This document shows positions 59,235-64,000 of a stretch of 64,000 nucleotides of DNA, piece after piece. The notes below the pieces were generated by a model. That model saw only the letters and a list, made by a program, of their open reading frames with translations. It searched no databases and was not told where the DNA came from. Each line of letters opens with the position of its first letter. Position 1 is the stretch's first letter. The DNA is from Nanobdellota archaeon. GTDB lineage: Archaea > Nanobdellota > Nanobdellia > Pacearchaeales > GW2011-AR1. The stretch is from contig JBBSYE010000001.1 in assembly GCA_038045385.1 (NCBI GenBank), forward strand, positions 42,165 to 106,164, in the 5' to 3' direction. Made by a program: the position numbers and the translations under genes.

Positions 59235-59411
59235 TTATTACTCTTATCACCACCATTTCACGCATTAGGTGTTATGGCTGTATTTTATGACAATAAATTG
59301 CCACAGTGAACGAGCGTATAACCCAGCTTCTCATAGTTTCCCACGGTTGCCAGGACTTAGAATTTTAATAATAGGTGTATAAAAGGTTTATTGCAATATA
59401 TTAACTATTAT

Positions 59412-59939
59412 TCAATTGATAAAATCTAAGCTTGAATAAGTGTTTTTATTATCGCTATCGCACATGAGTAGTACTTTAGACTTCTTTTCTCCTCTTTTAA
59501 TTAAACACATAGCTCTATGATTTCCTAAAATAACTTCAAACAACTCCCCATATTTTCTAACGATTATTGGAATCTGAAATAATATTTCATCTACAACAGG
59601 ATATAATAAAGAAATTCTTTGAATAGATTCTTGACTATTCATTTTACTGGAATCTTTCAATTTTGTTCCTCTTTCTAAACCTCCATGAAAATCATCTAAA
59701 CATAACGAGTCTAAAGAAACTTCAATTAGTTGACAATACTTCTCGTTTAATCTGTCGAACCACATAAAGTCTCCCGAATTTAGTTTACTTCTAATCTGCT
59801 CTTTTGTAAGTGGAGAAACTCTCTTTTTTATATCTTTAATTTTCTTCTCAATTGAAGAATTTGATTTATTAGTAACGTGTTCTTGTTCATACAGTTTATC
59901 TATATAGAATAGTTTTTGTAGAATCTGTTTCTTATCCAT
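59412..59939 (-). CDS. Hypothetical protein
   Basis: 175-aa ORF. Confidence 0.4.
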   Translation of the reverse strand: MDKKQILQKLFYIDKLYEQEHVTNKSNSSIEKKIKDIKKRVSPLTKEQIRSKLNSGDFMWFDRLNEKYCQLIEVSLDSLCLDDFHGGLERGTKLKDSSKMNSQESIQRISLLYPVVDEILFQIPIIVRKYGELFEVILGNHRAMCLIKRGEKKSKVLLMCDSDNKNTYSSLDFIN

Positions 59940-59963
59940 TTATCAAACAGATAGAAGACTAAT

Positions 59964-60755
59964 TTAAAGTTTCTTTCTTAATGCAGCAAATGGTTTTAAT
60001 ACGTCAGGGTTTAGAACTCCTTCTAATCCTTTCATTGCACCGTCAAAAGCCTGTAAATCTGCCATAGTATATGCTTTTATGTTTGAAGCACCTTTTCCGG
60101 GCGCACTAAGCGCCTCCGGCGCTATACCGAGCAAACGGCCATCGTCATAGTCAAGATCGCCCCCGCCGAGCGCATACGACCCGTACTCGAGCCAGTCGAC
60201 AACCCACGCCCTCATCTTTGGAGCGTCGCCTGCTGAATCTGGGTAAACTCCCATTGCAGTATCATAACTAAATCTTTCCTTGCCTTCCGCAAAGATAAAA
60301 TCAGTATAATCATTAAGTAATGTCTGATCTCTAGCTAACACTTTCCATACAGGATGAGCTTTAACATCTTCTCTTGAAAGTGGAGTTTCTGTCTTTCCAA
60401 GTTTTCCTTTCTTGAATTCTTCTCCTTGTAAAGCATTGTAAACATCATCTGTTAAAGTTAAAGCACCATTACTTCTTGGACTTTCAGGAGTCATATCTCT
60501 TAAAGTTTGAGAATCAAGAACAATCTTTACTCTCCCATCTGGGTGATACACAACGGCATCTCCAGTATCGAAATAATTATCCATATAAGAAGTTTTAACG
60601 GCCTTATCAGAATTTCTAACATCAAGTCGTCTTTGCATCAATTGAGAAACATTCATAGGAACTCTGCCATCCGCTATCAATTTCGGCATTTGCTTTACAT
60701 TCTGGCCGTAAAATTCCTGATATACTTCTCTTGTTGCATTTAGCTTTAATCCCAT
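59964..60755 (-). CDS. Hypothetical protein (263 aa), GC-richer than surroundings
   Basis: Intact ORF with locally elevated GC (for example about 60.10-60.25 kb). It has a partial paralogous fragment at 59125..59234. Confidence 0.5.
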   Translation of the reverse strand: MGLKLNATREVYQEFYGQNVKQMPKLIADGRVPMNVSQLMQRRLDVRNSDKAVKTSYMDNYFDTGDAVVYHPDGRVKIVLDSQTLRDMTPESPRSNGALTLTDDVYNALQGEEFKKGKLGKTETPLSREDVKAHPVWKVLARDQTLLNDYTDFIFAEGKERFSYDTAMGVYPDSAGDAPKMRAWVVDWLEYGSYALGGGDLDYDDGRLLGIAPEALSAPGKGASNIKAYTMADLQAFDGAMKGLEGVLNPDVLKPFAALRKKL

Positions 60756-60810
60756 AGTAATTCTATAAAACTCCTATTTATAAACTTTTCTATTAGTTAC
60801 TACTTAGTAA

Positions 60811-63087
60811 TTACAATACCTTAATTTTATTTAACACTTCTTCTGTATTACCAGTATGTGCTAAAAAGAAATGTAGCTTACCCTTACCTAGCTCAGCCCA
60901 CTTATTGGCAATCTCAACTTTATAGCCAGTATCTTCGTTGCTTATTCTATCTCCGCCCTTCCACTCGATAGCTAGAAAGTTGCCTCTACTCGTTATTGCT
61001 ATAAAATCAGGATAGAATTTATTTGGTCTCCATCCTTGTATATAAAACGGATCTTTCTTTTCTTTATTTCTTACCCAAAATTTGATATTTGGCAAGGCTT
61101 CTGAATCTAACCTTGAAATAAAGGCATGTTCTTCTTTGTTTAACTTTCCAATATCTTCATAAAAATTTCTCTTAAACTTTTCTCCGACTCTATCAGCAAT
61201 CATAACTTTATCTGAGAATTTCTCAAACTCTTTTATTTTAATCTTCTTATCTTTTATAGATTTGTCAAATTGTTTCTTTGCATACTCAATAAGTCTGTCT
61301 CGGATAATCTCATCTAATTTATCTTTAAAAATAAAACGATTAACTGATAGTTCCGATAAACTATATTTCTTAAGCTGATATTCAACTGCCTTGTCCAAAA
61401 ATTTAATCTTATCTCCTTGGTCAATCATGACAAACTTAAGTTTTCCGTCTAACCATGAAATAAGTTCTTTTTCAGAGAAATTCTTATCTAAATAGGTAAT
61501 ATTGAGAGTTGTCTGCCTTTCTTTTACCCATTCGTTTTCTTTATGTATATCTAAAAGAAGTCTGCCATCATTGTCATAATGAATCTTAAAATCAAATTGA
61601 GTGTCTTGCTTGGAAAGTTCAAAATCTTCCCCTATAAGGTCTGCAAACTCTAAAGGCTCATCTTCAAAAGCCATGATCGGGGCAAATAAGTCGTCTTTTA
61701 CAGTTTTTCCTACTTCGAACTCATATTTTGGATTTTTCTCTTGTGCATTGATTAAGTCATATCTGCTAAAGCCGTTTGTTTCTAATCCATCTATAATCTC
61801 ATTTGCTACTTCGTTGAAATTCTTACCTGTTGCAAATATATAGGAATTGTTTAGTTCAGGATTCTTTTTTTCTTTGGCATTAGGAAGCCTTACAATTCTA
61901 CCTATAATCTGCTCAACAGATATTTTAGATCCGATATTTGCTACTGATATTAAAATGTAGGCAAACGAGCAATCCCATCCTTCAGCCAAAGCATTAACTG
62001 TGATGATATAGTTTATTGGACATTTCTTACTGAATAAGTCTACTCCTTCTAACTGGTTTTGAGAAGAAGTTTTTATTGCAATTTCTTCGTCAGGAATCTT
62101 ATGTTCTTTCATTAAGAAATCTTTTATATGTTGAACTGTAACAACAGTAGTCTTATCACTTTCCTTTTCTTGTTGTGCTTGTAGGAGTGCAATAGGTCTA
62201 ATATATTCGCCCTTCTCTTTCTTCGCAATATCAGACAATTCTTTTCTCTTAAGTATTCCTCTAGTTACTGCTTGTTGCCATTGGGAAACGCTCTCTAAAA
62301 CTATTGGAATTTTAACCATCTTCTCTTCTTTTAATTCAACAGAGCTAGTCTTTACCAAAACATTACTTTCTTTTCTTGGAGTTGCAGTATATTCTATGAT
62401 AAAACAGGGGTTAAGGTCTTTCAAAAATTGAATAGATAAATCTGTTTTTGTTCTATGTCCTTCATCTATTACAATTAAAGGATTACTAATTCTTATGACA
62501 TTAGCCAAGGAATTAATCACAGTACCCGACTCGTCTTTCTCTAGTTTGCTATCCTCTGCTAGATTTTCAAAATGACTTATGAGTTCACCGTTTTCTTGAT
62601 AAACTTTATATTTATTCTGTAATTTCTTGTCTTTTCTAAAGGAATCAAGACTAGATACGATAATACAAAGATTATTTTCTACATCTTGCTTTCTTATTCT
62701 TAGAGATTCTTCATTAGAGAAAATTCTTATTTTATTATCAAAATATTCATCTAAGATTTGTCTATGAAAGTCTTTTTTATCATTAAGCTTTCTTAATGTT
62801 TGAGATTTAATCGCTTCAGAAGGAACAAACCATATTATTATTCCTCTTTCTAACTTATTTTCTAAGGAAATATCAATTATTTCTTTAATTGAATGACAAG
62901 CAACAAGAGTCTTACCGCCACCTGTTGGGATCTTAATACATACAAATGGTACATTCCCAAAGAACTCTTCATTATATTTCTCTGCCGCTTTTGAGATAAA
63001 GGCATGCTTTGCTCCAAACTTATTTAATTCCTTTAGATAATCTTTTAACTCTTGAATTGCTTTTTCTTGATATTTCTTTAGTTCCAT
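60811..63087 (-). CDS. res: Type III restriction enzyme Res-like subunit (SF2 helicase + C-terminal PD-(D/E)xK nuclease)
   Basis: 758 aa. Motif I KIPTGGGKTLVA, motif II IVIDEGHR, motif VI QIIGRIVRL. The C-terminus YPDFIAITSRGNFLAIEWKG carries a D...E.K nuclease motif. The start overlaps the mod stop (ATGA). Confidence 0.7.
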   Translation of the reverse strand: MELKKYQEKAIQELKDYLKELNKFGAKHAFISKAAEKYNEEFFGNVPFVCIKIPTGGGKTLVACHSIKEIIDISLENKLERGIIIWFVPSEAIKSQTLRKLNDKKDFHRQILDEYFDNKIRIFSNEESLRIRKQDVENNLCIIVSSLDSFRKDKKLQNKYKVYQENGELISHFENLAEDSKLEKDESGTVINSLANVIRISNPLIVIDEGHRTKTDLSIQFLKDLNPCFIIEYTATPRKESNVLVKTSSVELKEEKMVKIPIVLESVSQWQQAVTRGILKRKELSDIAKKEKGEYIRPIALLQAQQEKESDKTTVVTVQHIKDFLMKEHKIPDEEIAIKTSSQNQLEGVDLFSKKCPINYIITVNALAEGWDCSFAYILISVANIGSKISVEQIIGRIVRLPNAKEKKNPELNNSYIFATGKNFNEVANEIIDGLETNGFSRYDLINAQEKNPKYEFEVGKTVKDDLFAPIMAFEDEPLEFADLIGEDFELSKQDTQFDFKIHYDNDGRLLLDIHKENEWVKERQTTLNITYLDKNFSEKELISWLDGKLKFVMIDQGDKIKFLDKAVEYQLKKYSLSELSVNRFIFKDKLDEIIRDRLIEYAKKQFDKSIKDKKIKIKEFEKFSDKVMIADRVGEKFKRNFYEDIGKLNKEEHAFISRLDSEALPNIKFWVRNKEKKDPFYIQGWRPNKFYPDFIAITSRGNFLAIEWKGGDRISNEDTGYKVEIANKWAELGKGKLHFFLAHTGNTEEVLNKIKVL

Positions 63088-64000
63088 TAGTAAATTCTCA
63101 CCTCATAAGGAATTTGTTTAAACTGAATTTTATGTTTCTCTAAGTTTTCTTCATCAAGAAGACATTTATCTGCGTAAATAACTCGGTTATTATCATCTTT
63201 CTTTATACTCTTTAGAAAAGATTTATTGAGTATATTTTTACCCCTTTCCTTAAAGATAAGATAATAATCTGTTTCGTTAAGGCTTCCAATTAGACTGTTC
63301 TTTATTTGCTTTTTATCTAAGTTCGTTTGTGTTTCCGTAAAATAAATATAATTGGCAAGTTGTTCAAATGTGCATTCTTCATCTATCTTTCCCTCTTCAT
63401 TGAATAATGGTTTATCTAATTCGCAGAATTCAAAACCTCCATTATGGTCTTCCTTCTCAATAGCTCTTTTTATTCTTTCGACAGTTACTTTTTTAGCAAC
63501 GTGATCTTCCATTTCTATCAGAATAAACCTCCTATCTCCTTTGTCTTTTTTATTTAATTGTAGAACTGCGTGTCCTGTTGTTCCTGTCCCGGCAAAAGAG
63601 TCTAATATAATAGATTCTTTATGATCATGAGTAATTATTGCTATTAGATATCTGATAAGACTCGATGGTTTTGGATAGTTGAATACTTTTTCTCCAAAGA
63701 TTTCCTTTAACTCTCGATTTCCATCTAAGGTAAAACCCTGCTCAGAAAAAATACTTCTAGGTTTAATCCTTCTTTCTTCTCCACTTTCGTGCAGATATAT
63801 TTTAGTAAATACTTGCCATTCACCTGATTTCTTATTTTTTACAAAATCTATTTTGCCTTCTTTCTTTGCCTGTAAAAATGTTTCTTTGCTATACCTCCAA
63901 ATATGCGGTTTAATGCTAATTTTTGATCCATCGGGGGCATCTATTTCATATTGTAAATTAGGTCGATTTTCATCTATTCCCGGCTGATAAAGATTATATC
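63087..64000 (-). CDS. mod: N6/N4 DNA methyltransferase (type III Mod-like, beta class), 5'-truncated by window end
   Basis: The frame is open from 64000 down to the stop at 63087. It contains LDSFAGTGTTGHAVLQLNKKDKGDRRFILIEMED, which is motif I (DPFxGSGTT-like) near the C-terminus as expected for the N6_N4_Mtase family. The DPPY motif is expected upstream, outside the window. The track ORF 63087..63512 is its internal-Met tail. Confidence 0.7.
   Translation of the reverse strand, partial: YNLYQPGIDENRPNLQYEIDAPDGSKISIKPHIWRYSKETFLQAKKEGKIDFVKNKKSGEWQVFTKIYLHESGEERRIKPRSIFSEQGFTLDGNRELKEIFGEKVFNYPKPSSLIRYLIAIITHDHKESIILDSFAGTGTTGHAVLQLNKKDKGDRRFILIEMEDHVAKKVTVERIKRAIEKEDHNGGFEFCELDKPLFNEEGKIDEECTFEQLANYIYFTETQTNLDKKQIKNSLIGSLNETDYYLIFKERGKNILNKSFLKSIKKDDNNRVIYADKCLLDEENLEKHKIQFKQIPYEVRIY

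Noticed and set aside
57305-59400. Complete mobile group II intron around the RT
   Set aside because: A genuine wHTH gene occupies the ~400 nt where ribozyme domains I-III would be. No GUGYG 5' boundary and no convincing domain V (GAGC...ACGGUUC hairpin) were found by eye downstream. This needs an Infernal check.
63679-63987. 102-aa plus-strand ORF
   Set aside because: It is antisense inside the open mod methyltransferase frame and is spurious.

Overview
This is an AT-rich, gene-dense archaeal window, probably from a DPANN-like lineage; that placement is inference. It encodes archaeal translation factors (aIF2-gamma, aIF5B), S6e, archaeal-size class I aminoacyl-tRNA synthetases (ArgRS, IleRS, CysRS), an intron-containing tRNA-Leu, and many proteins with class III (prepilin-like) signal peptides. 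Proposed features:
- 1-4.6 kb: a type IV pilus-like locus with a FlaI/PilB-family ATPase and five small pilins.
- About 4.98-5.24 kb: a GC-rich island that is very likely SRP RNA.
- 5-33 kb: housekeeping genes (argS, tRNA-Thr, tRNA-Leu with intron, ogg, ogt, TrmB regulator, ileS, GNAT, UvrD-nuclease fusion, NYN, aIF2-gamma, rps6e, GH114, NUDIX, aIF5B, PC4-like).
- 33.8-38.2 kb: two tandemly duplicated genes for very large (about 700-750 aa) secreted proteins with prepilin-type N-termini. The duplication copied the promoter and a 12-codon fragment of the neighbouring dus gene.
- 38-52 kb: dus, DEAD-box helicase, cysS, an RGG/zinc-ribbon protein, a circularly permuted GTPase, BtpA, and a DoxX/cytochrome-b5/MsrA membrane redox cluster.
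- 52.4-64 kb: an accessory defence-island-like region. It holds a four-gene operon (wHTH regulator, UvrD-like SF1 helicase, AlbA_2/Schlafen-like domain protein, catalytically inactive short pAgo-like MID-PIWI protein). Next to it are a frameshifted group-II-intron-like reverse transcriptase/maturase, a GC-richer foreign-looking gene with a duplicated fragment abutting the RT, and a type III restriction-modification mod-res pair that runs off the window edge.

Three genes (SAM methyltransferase, lipoprotein, RT) are each broken by a single-base deficit in a homopolymer run. This points to homopolymer sequencing error or slippage rather than ancient pseudogenes. No CRISPR array was found.
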